Part shown: one piece after another, positions 1-9,809 of the stretch
Numbering within the stretch: position 1 is the stretch's first letter
Layout of the letters: every line of letters starts with the position of its first letter
Origin: a virus
Taxonomy: Duplodnaviria; Heunggongvirae; Uroviricota; Caudoviricetes
IMG/VR virus record: IMGVR_UViG_2534681933_000025
Length of the DNA stretch: 46,697 bases
Direction: 5' to 3' (one strand)
Made by a program: the position numbers and the translations under genes
Notes under the pieces: model-generated
Seen by the model: only the letters and a program-made list of their open reading frames with translations
The model's database searches: none
Told to the model about the DNA's origin: nothing

Positions 1-1236
1 CTACGATAACCGCGCATTCAACATGGCTACCTGTTCGTCGTTCATGTCATCAATCCACATACCGTAAATTTCATACACCATCTGCGCAGTTTCATGCCCC
101 ATCTGGCTGGCTATAAACGCCGGGTTCGCTCCTGCCGTCAACAGCCAGCAGGCAAAAGTATGCCGCGTATGGTACGGATTACGGCGGCGAATACCAGCAC
201 GTTTTACTGCTGCATTCCATCTCGCACCCAAACTGCTTACCGAGTAATAAGGTTTCTGTTTTCCGTTACACACTCTGGGCATGAAAACAAAATGCAGTTT
301 TTGCTTTTCGGTTCTGCCGTACTCCCGATGATAAAAAGTGATTTCGCTTTTGCGATGATGCCCGGTCAGTTTGTATTGCTCCTTCAGTGCTTCAAGAGCA
401 GGCTGCAGTAGTGTTACCGTCCGGATCCCCGCATTTGTTTTTGGGGGACCGAACATATCCAGTATCGTCAGGTTTCTTCTGACATTCACAACTCCCTTCT
501 CGAAATCCACATCCTCCCACGCCAGAGCAGCCAGTTCCCCGTGACGAAGCCCGGAGTATACGGCAAATTTCCACAAGTTCTGGCTCTGTCCTTTTTCACT
601 TTCCATTAATGCATTGAATTCTGTTTTAGATAACGGGTCAGGCTTTATTCTGTTTCTCTGTAATTTCTTTACTCCTTCAAATGGTTTGGTTGATATAAAT
701 CCCGACTGATACGCAAAACGTAACAACGAACAGAGCAGGGCGATATAGTTATCAACTGTGCGCACGGTTCTTCCTTTTTTGTTGGATCTTGGATTATCCA
801 GGTAAAGCGTTTCTCCATGCAGCAGTTCATTCCGGTAGTTTAAGATATCGCTATAACGAATATGCGATATCGGAGTACTCTCACAAATTATTATCCTGAG
901 TGTTTTTAATTGTGATTTCGTTTTCTTCATTGTGTTTGTTGTTAACTCTGTTTCTTTAATTTTTGTCCAGATATCACAAAGCTCCCCGAACGTTTTTATG
1001 ACCCTCGTTGTCACCATTTTTGCCCCAGTGCTGGACTGGGGAAAACGTCTTAAATACTCAAACTCACCGGAATTGATTTCATGAACTATCAACGCTCTTA
1101 AATTCCCGGCTTTTTTAATGTTACTGTTAGTAACCTCCCAGCCTTTCAATGTTTCCCGACATCGTTTTCCTCGAAACATGAACCAGATGCGAATGTATTT
1201 ACCTCGAATCTCGACACCTGTTGGTAATTTAGACAT
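1..1236 (-). CDS. int: Tyrosine-type site-specific integrase
   Basis: 411 aa ORF; C-terminal catalytic region with HTRHTFA...Y motif typical of phage integrases; stop codon at window positions 1-3; adjacent to xis. Confidence 0.9.
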   Translation of the reverse strand: MSKLPTGVEIRGKYIRIWFMFRGKRCRETLKGWEVTNSNIKKAGNLRALIVHEINSGEFEYLRRFPQSSTGAKMVTTRVIKTFGELCDIWTKIKETELTTNTMKKTKSQLKTLRIIICESTPISHIRYSDILNYRNELLHGETLYLDNPRSNKKGRTVRTVDNYIALLCSLLRFAYQSGFISTKPFEGVKKLQRNRIKPDPLSKTEFNALMESEKGQSQNLWKFAVYSGLRHGELAALAWEDVDFEKGVVNVRRNLTILDMFGPPKTNAGIRTVTLLQPALEALKEQYKLTGHHRKSEITFYHREYGRTEKQKLHFVFMPRVCNGKQKPYYSVSSLGARWNAAVKRAGIRRRNPYHTRHTFACWLLTAGANPAFIASQMGHETAQMVYEIYGMWIDDMNDEQVAMLNARLS

Positions 1237-1237
1237 A

Positions 1238-1453
1238 TCATGAGTCTTTGATAAACTGATTTATCTTTGGATAGTTATACCAGATAATCCCTCGCTTACT
1301 GTCTGGCTTCCCTAAAGGAGATACTCGTTTGAAGTGGAAGCCTTCCACCCAACAGTTCTGGCGGTATGCTTCAATTTGTCTGGCCCCCAGACCAGTGCGA
1401 AGCATCAGGCCGTATTCAACCATCCACTCTTCATTAAAGATTACTTGTGCCAT
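1238..1453 (-). CDS. xis: Excisionase (Rac YdaQ-like Xis)
   Basis: Small basic ORF immediately upstream of int on same strand; start taken at internal ATG ([10 protein letters not shown]...); ORF track extends to 1477. Confidence 0.6.
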   Translation of the reverse strand: MAQVIFNEEWMVEYGLMLRTGLGARQIEAYRQNCWVEGFHFKRVSPLGKPDSKRGIIWYNYPKINQFIKDS

Positions 1454-1552
1454 CGCATCACCTCTGGCAGGCGCCAATGTTAGACTTAAATTGACGCCCG
1501 ATGTTGATTATTAATAATCAGCTATGAAGTTTTAATTTGAATACAATGCAAT

Positions 1553-1741
1553 TCACGAGGACTGAAGTTTCTCGCAATTAAAATTTATCAGTTTTACTTT
1601 CTGCTCTCTGGAAACGCCTGCTTCTTTTTTACCTGAGAGCATTTTTTCGCATTCTGATTTCGTTAGTTTAGATTTTGAATATCTTGTCCAGTTAGTAGGA
1701 GTGCCACCTTCCTTTTCAATAGTGGCGGTAATTTTATACAT
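1553..1741 (-). CDS. Hypothetical small protein (Rac YdaC-like)
   Basis: 62 aa from ATG MYKITATIEK...; start overlaps the stop of the full-length lar reading frame; function unknown. Confidence 0.4.
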   Translation of the reverse strand: MYKITATIEKEGGTPTNWTRYSKSKLTKSECEKMLSGKKEAGVSREQKVKLINFNCEKLQSS

Positions 1742-1778
1742 GAACACCTCCATTATTATTTCCAGTGGTTCGTTTATT

Positions 1779-1928
1779 TCATCGTTCGAGTGCTTCTTTT
1801 TCACTTCCACCATAACCGGTTCGGGATTCGCATCCGTTACACTTCGCTCGGTAATATCCTGAAATGGCTTTCACCGTTACTGATGGACAACCACAAAATG
1901 GACATGGTTTAACATTGTCATATCTCAT
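1779..1928 (-). CDS. lar: Lar-like restriction alleviation protein, truncated by in-frame TGA (full frame continues to 1734)
   Basis: Translation MRYDNVKPCPFCGCPSVTVKAISGYYRAKCNGCESRTGYGGSEKEALER then TGA; same frame continues NKRTTGNNNGGVHV to TAA at 1734-1736; Cys-rich Lar-family signature; alternative upstream ATG at 1938-1940. Confidence 0.55.
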   Translation of the reverse strand: MRYDNVKPCPFCGCPSVTVKAISGYYRAKCNGCESRTGYGGSEKEALER

Positions 1929-1983
1929 AATTTTTCTCATAAAAATATTTCAAGTTGGCGGTGCATTACACCGCCAGGCTGAA

Positions 1984-2793
1984 TTATTCCTCTGAATTAT
2001 CGATTACACTGTATTCCCCGGTTAATACAGAGGAATCTGCAGGATCGATTGTCAGTGGTTCCTTTTCATCCATTGATACTGCACGCTGGATCTCAATTGA
2101 TACGGGCAGATATTTGAACAGGCGACGAATAGCCGTTTTCTTTGCCATTTCTTCCCAGTGAGTTACCCACGGCCCGTTATTACCAGCTTTACTCTGGCTG
2201 CGCACCAGCTCAATCTGTTTGCGCGTCATAACTTCAAACTGAGTACCTCCGTCTTTCAGTCTTGCGACAGCATAGACGTGGGTAACAGGGGCATCTTCGT
2301 TTTCTCCTGGGCGGTGTATTAACTTTTCATCAAGGCCAAATTCGAAATTAAACTCGTCACCTTCACGGACAACACGGGCTGACAGGCTGGCGATTTGACC
2401 TGAACGGCGAGCCAGATCAATCATGCCGCGATAGCCAATGATTAGCTGAACGTTTTTTTTACCGCTCTTTTCGTTTTTATTACCAAAAGGCAGTAAATAT
2501 GCATGACCGAGGGCGCTACCGGGCTCAAGTCCGAGCTGTGAACACTGTACGATTGCACTGACAAAACTCATAGTGTCACAGTTTCCTAACGCCGGAACTT
2601 TACGAATTTCTGTGGTGGCGATACGGATCATACGTTCAGCCGTCATATGGCGTGGAAGAGCTGCTGCCAGTTGCTCTTTCATTGATGGCTGGTTAATAAA
2701 ACTAATCACGTCGTTATTTTTAATTGCTGCTGGTGCACGGTTTCCCTGAGTTTTTTGCAGATCGGCTTTTGCGATTGGTGGTTGCTTAGTCAT
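1984..2793 (-). CDS. recT: RecT single-strand annealing recombinase
   Basis: 269 aa from [16 protein letters not shown]...; matches E. coli Rac RecT over full length from memory; overlaps recE stop. Confidence 0.9.
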   Translation of the reverse strand: MTKQPPIAKADLQKTQGNRAPAAIKNNDVISFINQPSMKEQLAAALPRHMTAERMIRIATTEIRKVPALGNCDTMSFVSAIVQCSQLGLEPGSALGHAYLLPFGNKNEKSGKKNVQLIIGYRGMIDLARRSGQIASLSARVVREGDEFNFEFGLDEKLIHRPGENEDAPVTHVYAVARLKDGGTQFEVMTRKQIELVRSQSKAGNNGPWVTHWEEMAKKTAIRRLFKYLPVSIEIQRAVSMDEKEPLTIDPADSSVLTGEYSVIDNSEE

Positions 2794-5458
2794 TTGCATA
2801 TTCCTTAGCCCAGCGGGGCAGTGATAACGTCTTAATAGCTGGCCATTCATCGGTATTGAGGCAGTCAGCCAGGGTTCGCAGATTGCGGTGATATTCCAGC
2901 TGACCTGCCAGTTTTGCTTCTTCGCCCATCATGAAAATTTCAACCGGATAACGTCCGCATTCAATAGTTGTGCTGGCAACCAGAAAAACGAAAGTTGGCT
3001 GCACTCCAAACTGTGCTTCATAACCGTCACTGTAGAATGCATCCTGAACGTGATAGCGGTAGTCGTAATAAGCGGTTTTGAATCGTTGAATATCCGCCGT
3101 AGTTTTCACGTCCATGATCCAGTGAAATTCAGGGATAATTTTGTCCGGACGGCACCGACACAAAATTGCTGTTTCAGGATCTTCCCAGTAAATTGATGAT
3201 TCAGCGTGTCCGGCGCTTTCAACAAGCCATTGCCCCAGCGGCAAAGCCATAACGCTCTGATACATGAGTTCAATTTTCCGGCCTTCTTCGGCAGTGATAA
3301 CCGTTTTTCCTGTGCTTGCGCATTCCCTCAGAAACGCTTTCTCTTCTTCTTTTCCGGAGTTTGTCCGGCGGTTAAATTCAGGTGCTACGATAAAGCGGTT
3401 ACTGAATTCTTCCGGCTCAAGTACCCGGCAGTGGAAAGCGGTTCCTAAATCGAGCGTTTTTGTCTTTGTGGTGTCCACGGGGGCATTTTTACGCCACAAA
3501 TACAGTGCCGGAGTATCAGCAATGTCATCGAGCTGAGACTTACTGACACCGGGACCCGCGTGGTAATTCTCATTCGAAATTCCGTAATAAATACCTGGCT
3601 CTATGTCTTCTACGATTACGGGATCTGCGACTTCGCCAGTTTCATCACTGCAATCGCGATGCGGATCGCTGCCAGCATTCTCATTGTGCGGATGTTCAGC
3701 GCCTTCCATTTCCTCCGGATCTTTTTCCTTAGCTTCAACCTGATTCTCTTCACCGAATGTTTCCTGGTATGTTGCGTCGCCCATCACCGCGCCACAATCA
3801 GGGCAGTTGCCGCCACCGCTCTGACCGCAGGCGGTGCAGACTTTTTCCGGTTCCTGTTGCGCTACTGGTTCGGATTGTTTCGTTTCTGGCTCGTTTTGTA
3901 ACGCATTTGGGCTGTTTTGTTCCGCTTTTTGGTCGTTCCGTTCCGATTCATGCTGGTTCTGGTTCACAGAATCGCGAGTCTGGATCCCCTTGACCCATTT
4001 CGGATCATTAGGGTCGCTAATCCCCTCAACAAATTCACCACGCGATACAGCAAGTAACTTATCGGCGCCAGGCTGGCTGATATTGGCTGCCTGCATAATT
4101 TTGTTTACTTCGTCAGCGGTGACTTTTACTTGGTTAGCGGAACTCACCTGCGACTGAGCATCCAGCGACTGCGCGTTCTGGCCATGTTCAGTTGTATCCG
4201 GTTCCATTGTTTCAGTTGTTGCCTGTTCACCTGCCATTGCGTCAGATGGTTGTGGTTTTTCTTCTTCTGTTTCACGCTCAGTAACCACCTCGCGGTTAAT
4301 TTCTTCCAGGATATCTTTTTCCGGTGTATGCCGGGCAGCTGTGAGAGTTTCCTTGCTGGGGTTCTCGTGATCAGTTTCCGTCAAATAGGCGTTGATATAC
4401 CCCTGAAGGCGTCCCGGGTAGTGATAAAATTCAGGGTGTGCGCTTCGGATAAGTGCAAAAATAGCGGCGCGGGAATAGTCCAGAATACCCGGGGTTGCGC
4501 GAAGTGCTGCGGACCATTCTTTGAACGGACTTTCTCTTTTCAGGACGATTTCTTTTGCGCGACGATAAACGCTGCCCGGAATTTCATAAATATTAAAATC
4601 CATCGGAAGTGTGGCTGCTGCAATCTCCACATCCAGCGTATCGAAGGTGTGTACTAAATTCGGATTGCGATCGGTTTTGTTCCCGCCACCGGCATTTGCA
4701 CCGGAAGCCGTACGGGTGATACGCGAAACACGATTTCCTTTCATCCACTCTTTTGTCAGCAGACCCCGATCAGTGTAGTCAGCGTCCAGGTATGCCTCGA
4801 AAAAAGCAGTTATCAGTCCCAGGTCTGAATTACCGGGATTAGGGAAAACTTTGTCAGTGTCGCGTGCCAGTTTATGAAGGTCGCGAATCTCCAGCGGGTC
4901 GAGCAGCTTTGTGTTGTGGGAAATGGCCAGGGCAGTAACAGCCGGCAGTTCTTCCGCCCGTGCTATATGTAATGCCTGAAGTTCTTCCCGTGCAACGTGC
5001 GTTACTGGTTTTTCGCTGCCGTGTTGCGCAAGCCAGCGAATGGGCAGCTCCTGACCAGAAACCGGCAGGAGCATATTCTCCTCAATCTCCGTCATGTCTT
5101 CGCCGTTGACGTTGGTATTGTCAGTACTGGCTGGTTTCTCCTGCACGGAGGGAGAGGGCGCGATAAATACCATTGTAATGCCATCTTCCCCGCCTTTTTC
5201 GTATCGGTTGCAGAATTCGGTATCAAACACGCCTTCAGGTGGAAGGTCATTCACAACGGGTAAATGGACGCGAACGGGTTTTTTAAAGTCGTCTTCATCA
5301 TAATCGTTGTCATCCATTGCGGTAATGCAGCGGGAGATGGCAACAGATAATTTTTTTGCTGTAGTCCAGTAAAAACCACCTTTAATTCCCAGACGTTTTC
5401 TGACTTTGTCATTTTTTGCTTCGCAATATAGCGCAAATTCTTCTTTATCAGTGCTCAT
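2786..5458 (-). CDS. recE: RecE exonuclease VIII
   Basis: 890 aa; C-terminal two-thirds recognisable as Rac RecE (e.g. ...[26 protein letters not shown]...RWAKEYAND); N-terminal region appears divergent. Confidence 0.85.
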   Translation of the reverse strand: MSTDKEEFALYCEAKNDKVRKRLGIKGGFYWTTAKKLSVAISRCITAMDDNDYDEDDFKKPVRVHLPVVNDLPPEGVFDTEFCNRYEKGGEDGITMVFIAPSPSVQEKPASTDNTNVNGEDMTEIEENMLLPVSGQELPIRWLAQHGSEKPVTHVAREELQALHIARAEELPAVTALAISHNTKLLDPLEIRDLHKLARDTDKVFPNPGNSDLGLITAFFEAYLDADYTDRGLLTKEWMKGNRVSRITRTASGANAGGGNKTDRNPNLVHTFDTLDVEIAAATLPMDFNIYEIPGSVYRRAKEIVLKRESPFKEWSAALRATPGILDYSRAAIFALIRSAHPEFYHYPGRLQGYINAYLTETDHENPSKETLTAARHTPEKDILEEINREVVTERETEEEKPQPSDAMAGEQATTETMEPDTTEHGQNAQSLDAQSQVSSANQVKVTADEVNKIMQAANISQPGADKLLAVSRGEFVEGISDPNDPKWVKGIQTRDSVNQNQHESERNDQKAEQNSPNALQNEPETKQSEPVAQQEPEKVCTACGQSGGGNCPDCGAVMGDATYQETFGEENQVEAKEKDPEEMEGAEHPHNENAGSDPHRDCSDETGEVADPVIVEDIEPGIYYGISNENYHAGPGVSKSQLDDIADTPALYLWRKNAPVDTTKTKTLDLGTAFHCRVLEPEEFSNRFIVAPEFNRRTNSGKEEEKAFLRECASTGKTVITAEEGRKIELMYQSVMALPLGQWLVESAGHAESSIYWEDPETAILCRCRPDKIIPEFHWIMDVKTTADIQRFKTAYYDYRYHVQDAFYSDGYEAQFGVQPTFVFLVASTTIECGRYPVEIFMMGEEAKLAGQLEYHRNLRTLADCLNTDEWPAIKTLSLPRWAKEYAND

Positions 5459-5550
5459 TGATAAACCTCATTACAGATTTAAGGGTGAACAAATCCCTGC
5501 CATTGCTGGCATTTTTAATCCGTTGGTATGGTGTTAATATGGCTGGAGGG

Positions 5551-5739
5551 TTATCCAGCCGGTGTTTCGTTATTCAGGTACAGCGATACTTTTTTTACCG
5601 GGAGGCATTCACCAGAAATTTTTTGCTCGTCTCTTGCCTGGAGGCAGGATTCTTTACTGGCATAAATTCCGGTAATCACATTCTGTGATTCACCCGTTAT
5701 AAGAAAAACCGTCATCATCAGTGCAAATGCTGAAGTCAT
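5551..5739 (-). CDS. Hypothetical small protein with hydrophobic N-terminus (possible secreted/membrane protein)
   Basis: 62 aa ORF MTSAFALMMTVFLITG...; ATGA start/stop overlap with upstream ORF suggests translational coupling; kil/sieB-position of early-left operon. Confidence 0.4.
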   Translation of the reverse strand: MTSAFALMMTVFLITGESQNVITGIYASKESCLQARDEQKISGECLPVKKVSLYLNNETPAG

Positions 5740-5924
5740 TGACGTTCTCCGAAAATACCAAGTTCAAGAAGAGCAATTCGGGAAAGTATGGAATTATCAT
5801 TGAGCAGATAAGGCTCATATTTCCTCATATTAATGGCATCTTCAGTAAACTCCCGGTTACTGAGCAGAACACCAATATCAAAACAACCTTCAGACGTATT
5901 AACGTTTGGTAATAACGTTTCCAT
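5736..5924 (-). CDS. Hypothetical small protein
   Basis: Start chosen at ATG preceded by GAGGA SD (METLLPNVNTSEG...); ORF track allows a longer 97 aa form from 6029. Confidence 0.35.
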   Translation of the reverse strand: METLLPNVNTSEGCFDIGVLLSNREFTEDAINMRKYEPYLLNDNSILSRIALLELGIFGERQ

Positions 5925-6413
5925 TATCGCGTCCTCAACAATGAATTTTGTGATGCGGTGCCTGGTGCCTCCAGGTGACGTTAACCAGTTAACAATTAAC
6001 GCCGGATACAGAGAATCCACCCATAACACTGTTTTTGGTTTTAACTGTTCCGCGTGCGCTGAGCCGCATTCACCGCATCACAAAATTCACTTTAAAAAGG
6101 GCGGCAGAGCAGCCACGGAGTAAAACTGATACCGCCAAACGTCACCAGAAAATTGATAACAGAGGGCGTTGCAGCGGGGTTGTCACTTAAGCGTATGGTC
6201 AACCTGACAACCCGGTGTCCTCAACGGGGGAAGGGATAACCCCGCCATACTTACCGCCGCGCCATTTCGCGGATTGCCACAACCAGAAGCGCACGGTCGA
6301 AGAAATTTAACGACAAGACTTATATGCAAAGGGATCTCGCCGTGCGCTTTCGTGTTATGCCCTGACTTTTCAGGGTAAATTAACCTGTGGAAACCTGTTT
6401 TTACTGGCGCTAA

Positions 6414-6647
6414 TCAGTTAGCGTTTCTGGCTAACCAGCGATGCGCGGCAGCTTCGGTTTTAAACGTTTTACTTTTGGTATACGTCATCGCGGTAAACGT
6501 GCCGTCCTGATTGGGAAACACGCCACATACCAGAGATTCGTTGTTGCCAAGCTCGATAGTATCCATGCTGACCTCATTTCCCCTTAACGCTGGGGTAGCG
6601 GAACAAAAACCTGCTGCATAGTTATTAAAGTTGAACCCTGCCGTCAT
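6414..6647 (-). CDS. Hypothetical protein downstream of repressor in leftward operon
   Basis: 77 aa ORF, no recognisable motif; position equivalent to early-left genes. Confidence 0.4.
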   Translation of the reverse strand: MTAGFNFNNYAAGFCSATPALRGNEVSMDTIELGNNESLVCGVFPNQDGTFTAMTYTKSKTFKTEAAAHRWLARNAN

Positions 6648-6751
6648 GTTCTTACGCCTCGGGCTGGCTACTTAACCCCTGACCACTGCCTGGTAACTCG
6701 AAGTATTGCCCTGCATTCTGTGGGGCGGGGTGGGTTGGTATGAAAAGAAGG

Positions 6752-6789
6752 ATACCCATAGGTATTTAAAAAGTAAATACCCATGGGTA
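6752..6789. promoter_or_regulatory. OL-like operator pair (ATACCCATAGGTAT and palindromic TACCCATGGGTA)
   Basis: Two sites sharing the half-site ATACCCA with the sites at 7289-7323; 12-bp perfect palindrome at 6778-6789. Confidence 0.5.
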
Positions 6790-6831
6790 AATTTTTGCGG
6801 TGTCTTAACTGGTGACTAGTTGTTTGGTGAG

Positions 6832-7251
6832 CTATGATGCGTTTTGTGCTTTCTTTTTACGGATTTCTTCGTAGATCATATTGTAATACTGTTTTTTCTC
6901 TTCAAGAGTTTTTAATAATTTATCCGCTTCACTTTCTGGCAGTTCGTCTAAGAGATCTAAAAAAATACGTTGTCGTGGCGTTAGAACCCTTGTTTCATAA
7001 CTGGAGGCTGTGTTCGTTGATGATGAAACGATACCATCCATCCATCCCCGGGGTAACCCAAAGGACTCTTCGATAATCTCCACCATATCATCAGCGATCC
7101 GTTTTTTTCCCTTTTTCCCCTCTGGGTACAACATTCTTGATACATAAGAAGGCTCGCGCCCGATCTTTCTGGCCACGTTAACCGCTTTACCATCGCATTT
7201 CTCATCACGAATTTTGATGAGTTGCTGTCGTCTAAATTCATATTTGTCCAT
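6832..7251 (-). CDS. cI-like prophage repressor, HTH only (no S24 peptidase domain)
   Basis: 139 aa; HTH segment AVNVARKIGREPSYVSRML; divergent from cro-like gene; too short for LexA-like autocleavage domain. Confidence 0.75.
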   Translation of the reverse strand: MDKYEFRRQQLIKIRDEKCDGKAVNVARKIGREPSYVSRMLYPEGKKGKKRIADDMVEIIEESFGLPRGWMDGIVSSSTNTASSYETRVLTPRQRIFLDLLDELPESEADKLLKTLEEKKQYYNMIYEEIRKKKAQNAS

Positions 7252-7288
7252 AGGTAAATAATAGATGCGATTACCGCAAGGTAAACAA

Positions 7289-7326
7289 CCTGTGGGTATT
7301 GACTTTTGTTTACCTGTGGGTATTCT
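7289..7326. promoter_or_regulatory. OR-like operators (2x CCTGTGGGTAT) overlapping rightward promoter TTGACT-16-TATTCT
   Basis: Direct repeat of CCTGTGGGTAT at 7289-7299 and 7313-7323 (reverse complement of ATACCCACAGG); -35 TTGACT at 7299-7304, -10 TATTCT at 7321-7326; AAGGAG SD before ATG at 7352. Confidence 0.55.
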
Positions 7327-7351
7327 TTGCTGTGTTTACTAAGGAGTAGCT

Positions 7352-7633
7352 ATGGAAGAATTAAGAATATTTCTCAATTCTCTTTCGTCAGATGAACAGC
7401 GTATGTTTGCATGCGAGTGTGGTACCAGCATCGGTTATCTAAGAAAGGCATTGAGTAAAGGTCAAGTGTTAGGGGCATCGTTATGTGTCCTTATTGAGCG
7501 AGCCAGTAATGGTGAAGTTACACGTCAGCAACTAAGGCCTTTTGATTGGATGAATATTTGGCCCGAGCTGGAAGATACCAAAACGTTAACACAACCACTT
7601 TCTAGGAGCTTGATTCATGAAAATCAAGCATGA
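7352..7633 (+). CDS. Cro/YdaS-like HTH regulator
   Basis: 93 aa, first gene of rightward operon divergent from repressor; HTH-like GTSIGYLRKALSKGQ. Confidence 0.65.
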   Translation: MEELRIFLNSLSSDEQRMFACECGTSIGYLRKALSKGQVLGASLCVLIERASNGEVTRQQLRPFDWMNIWPELEDTKTLTQPLSRSLIHENQA

Positions 7634-8042
7634 ACACATCCGCATGGCGATGAATGCCTGGGCGCGTCCTGATGGCGAAAAAGTTCCAGCAGCTGGAATA
7701 ACCCAGGCTTATTTTGAGTTGGGTATGACGTTCCCAGAACTGTATGACGACAGCCATCCGGAAGCCCTGGCTCGCAATACCCAGAAAATTTTCCGCTGGG
7801 TAGAGAAAGACACCCCTGATGCTGTTGAAAAAATGCAGGCTCTGTTACCGGCGATCGAAAAGGCGATGCCGCCTTTGCTGGTGGCCCGTATGCGCAGCCA
7901 CAGTTCTGAATATTACCGTGAGATCGTCGAACGGAGGGATCGGCTGGTGAAGGATGTCGATGATTTTGTTGCGTCAGCGGTTGTTTTGTATGACCAGATG
8001 AATCGCGGCGGCCCGGCAGGGAATGCTGTGGTGATGCACTAA
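7617..8042 (+). CDS. YdaT-like protein (cII-position regulator)
   Basis: 141 aa overlapping the cro-like gene end; AGGAG SD; resembles Rac YdaT from memory. Confidence 0.6.
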   Translation: MKIKHEHIRMAMNAWARPDGEKVPAAGITQAYFELGMTFPELYDDSHPEALARNTQKIFRWVEKDTPDAVEKMQALLPAIEKAMPPLLVARMRSHSSEYYREIVERRDRLVKDVDDFVASAVVLYDQMNRGGPAGNAVVMH

Positions 8043-8064
8043 AAGCACGGTGTTCGGGGGTTTT

Positions 8065-9033
8065 ATGAGCAGCAAGCTTCATGGTCTTGTCTGGGAAGGG
8101 TGCGCCTTCACCGGCATGATCTTATCCAGGGTGGCGGTTATGGCCCGTCTTGCAGACTACAGCAATGACGAGGGCGTGTCATGGCCTGCCATTGAAACTA
8201 TCCGGCGTCAGATCGGTGCAAGAAGTGAATCCACAGTGAAATCGGCTATTGCAGAACTGGCGAAAGAGGGCTGGCTGACGAAGGAAGAGCGTAAGGTCGG
8301 TGGGCGTAATGTAAGCAATATCTATCGGCTTAATGTGGAAAAACTCGAAGCAGCTGCGGCGGCGGCGCGTGAGTCATATAAACCGAAAAGAAAAATTAGC
8401 CCGGCAAAAAATGACCCGTTAACAGTTGACCCGTCAAATATTGACCCCTCAACGGTTGACCCGTCAAATTTTGATGGATCAACTGTTGATAAAAAACTGC
8501 CGATTAGGGGGGCGATGATTGACCCCGATCCGTCAGTATTAAAACCTGATCCGTCAGATAAAAGATCTTCTTGTCCGGACGTTTCACTGCCGGACGAAAA
8601 ACAAGCATCACCGGTCGAGCGATTTCTGGAGAAACACCCGGATGCGCATACCTGGAATGTACCAAAGCGACAGTGGGGAACCCGGGAGGATTTGACGTGT
8701 GCACAGTGGATCTGGGGACGGGTTGTTGCGTTGTATGAACAGGCCGCCAGTGATGATGGGGAGGTATCACGCCCCAGAGAGCCTAACTGGACGACCTGGG
8801 CGAATGATGTGCGCATGATGCGTATGCTGGATGGACGTAGTCACCGACAGATTTGTGAAATGTTTGGGCGTGTTCAACGGGATTCGTTCTGGGTAAAAAA
8901 CATCATGAGTCCGGCAAAACTCCGGGAAAAATGGGATGAACTGGTTATCCGCCTGGGGCGTTCGCCCGCGCAGCGTTGCGTGAATCATATTTCTGAACCG
9001 GATACCGAAATTCCGCCGGGTTTCAGGGGGTAG
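8065..9033 (+). CDS. Replication initiator (lambda O-like) containing origin iterons
   Basis: N-terminal wHTH-like region; internal iteron array encodes repeated DPSxxDPSTVDPS; followed by DnaC-like gene; ORF track start 8050 is GTG, ATG at 8065 chosen. Confidence 0.7.
   Translation: MSSKLHGLVWEGCAFTGMILSRVAVMARLADYSNDEGVSWPAIETIRRQIGARSESTVKSAIAELAKEGWLTKEERKVGGRNVSNIYRLNVEKLEAAAAAARESYKPKRKISPAKNDPLTVDPSNIDPSTVDPSNFDGSTVDKKLPIRGAMIDPDPSVLKPDPSDKRSSCPDVSLPDEKQASPVERFLEKHPDAHTWNVPKRQWGTREDLTCAQWIWGRVVALYEQAASDDGEVSRPREPNWTTWANDVRMMRMLDGRSHRQICEMFGRVQRDSFWVKNIMSPAKLREKWDELVIRLGRSPAQRCVNHISEPDTEIPPGFRG
8411..8570. repeat. Origin iterons (about 8 copies of TGACCC(G)-type repeats) inside initiator gene
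   Basis: TTGACCCGTCAAAT repeated at about 14-20 bp spacing, with AT-rich stretch GATAAAAAACTG; arrangement like lambda ori within O. Confidence 0.6.
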
Positions 9034-9039
9034 CGCACC

Positions 9040-9780
9040 ATGAAAAACATTACGTCAGGTGGTGTTCTGGCAAGAGTCAGCAGATTTGTGCCGCAGGATG
9101 CAATCCCTCCGTACCGTACGGTGGCGGAGTGGCGGGAATGGCAGCTTGCTGAAGGGCGTAAGCGAAGCGAGGAGGTTAATCGTCTGAATCATCAGACGCG
9201 GGTTGAAAAAATCATTAACCGCTCCGGTATCCAGCCGCTTCACCGGAAGTGTACGTTCGGTAACTACCGGGTGCAGAACGATGGTCAGCGCCATGCCCTG
9301 AGTCAGGCGAAATCCATTGCGGCAGAGCTGGAAGGAGGCTGTACGAATTTTGTTTTCAGTGGCAGGCCTGGCACAGGAAAAAACCACCTGGCGGCGGCTA
9401 TTGGCAACCACCTTCTGGCGAAAGGTCGCAGTGTGATTGTGATAACAGTGGCGGATGTGATGCTGGCGTTACATGGCAGCTACGACAACAAAAACTCGGG
9501 CGAAAAATTTTTGCAGGGATTGTGTGGCGTTGACCTGCTGGTACTGGATGAAATTGGCATGCAACGGGATACGCGTAATGAGCAGGTCACGCTGAATCAG
9601 ATTGTTGACCGCAGAACGGCATCGTTACTCAGTGTGGGGATGCTGACAAATCTTAACCATGCAGCGATGAATACACTTCTCGGCGAGCGGGTGATGGACC
9701 GCATGTCCATGAACGGTGGTCGCTGGGTGACGTTTAACTGGGAGAGCTGGCGTCCGAACGTCAGCCAGCACAGGAACTGA
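9040..9780 (+). CDS. DnaC/IstB-family helicase loader (replication protein P analog)
   Basis: Walker A GRPGTGKNHLAAAIG, Walker B LLVLDEIG; directly downstream of initiator. Confidence 0.85.
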   Translation: MKNITSGGVLARVSRFVPQDAIPPYRTVAEWREWQLAEGRKRSEEVNRLNHQTRVEKIINRSGIQPLHRKCTFGNYRVQNDGQRHALSQAKSIAAELEGGCTNFVFSGRPGTGKNHLAAAIGNHLLAKGRSVIVITVADVMLALHGSYDNKNSGEKFLQGLCGVDLLVLDEIGMQRDTRNEQVTLNQIVDRRTASLLSVGMLTNLNHAAMNTLLGERVMDRMSMNGGRWVTFNWESWRPNVSQHRN

Positions 9781-9809
9781 GAAGTAATTTTTATCCGGAG
9801 GAAGTTTTA

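Noticed and set aside
94-411. Plus-strand ORF inside the integrase gene
   Set aside because: Antisense to a complete, motif-supported integrase
8411-8570. Short direct repeats that could be mistaken for a CRISPR array
   Set aside because: Repeats are about 9-14 bp iterons inside a coding frame with irregular short spacers and no cas genes; consistent with a replication origin
8322-8816. 164-aa minus-strand ORF inside the initiator gene
   Set aside because: Antisense to the iteron-containing replication gene; repetitive low-complexity translation
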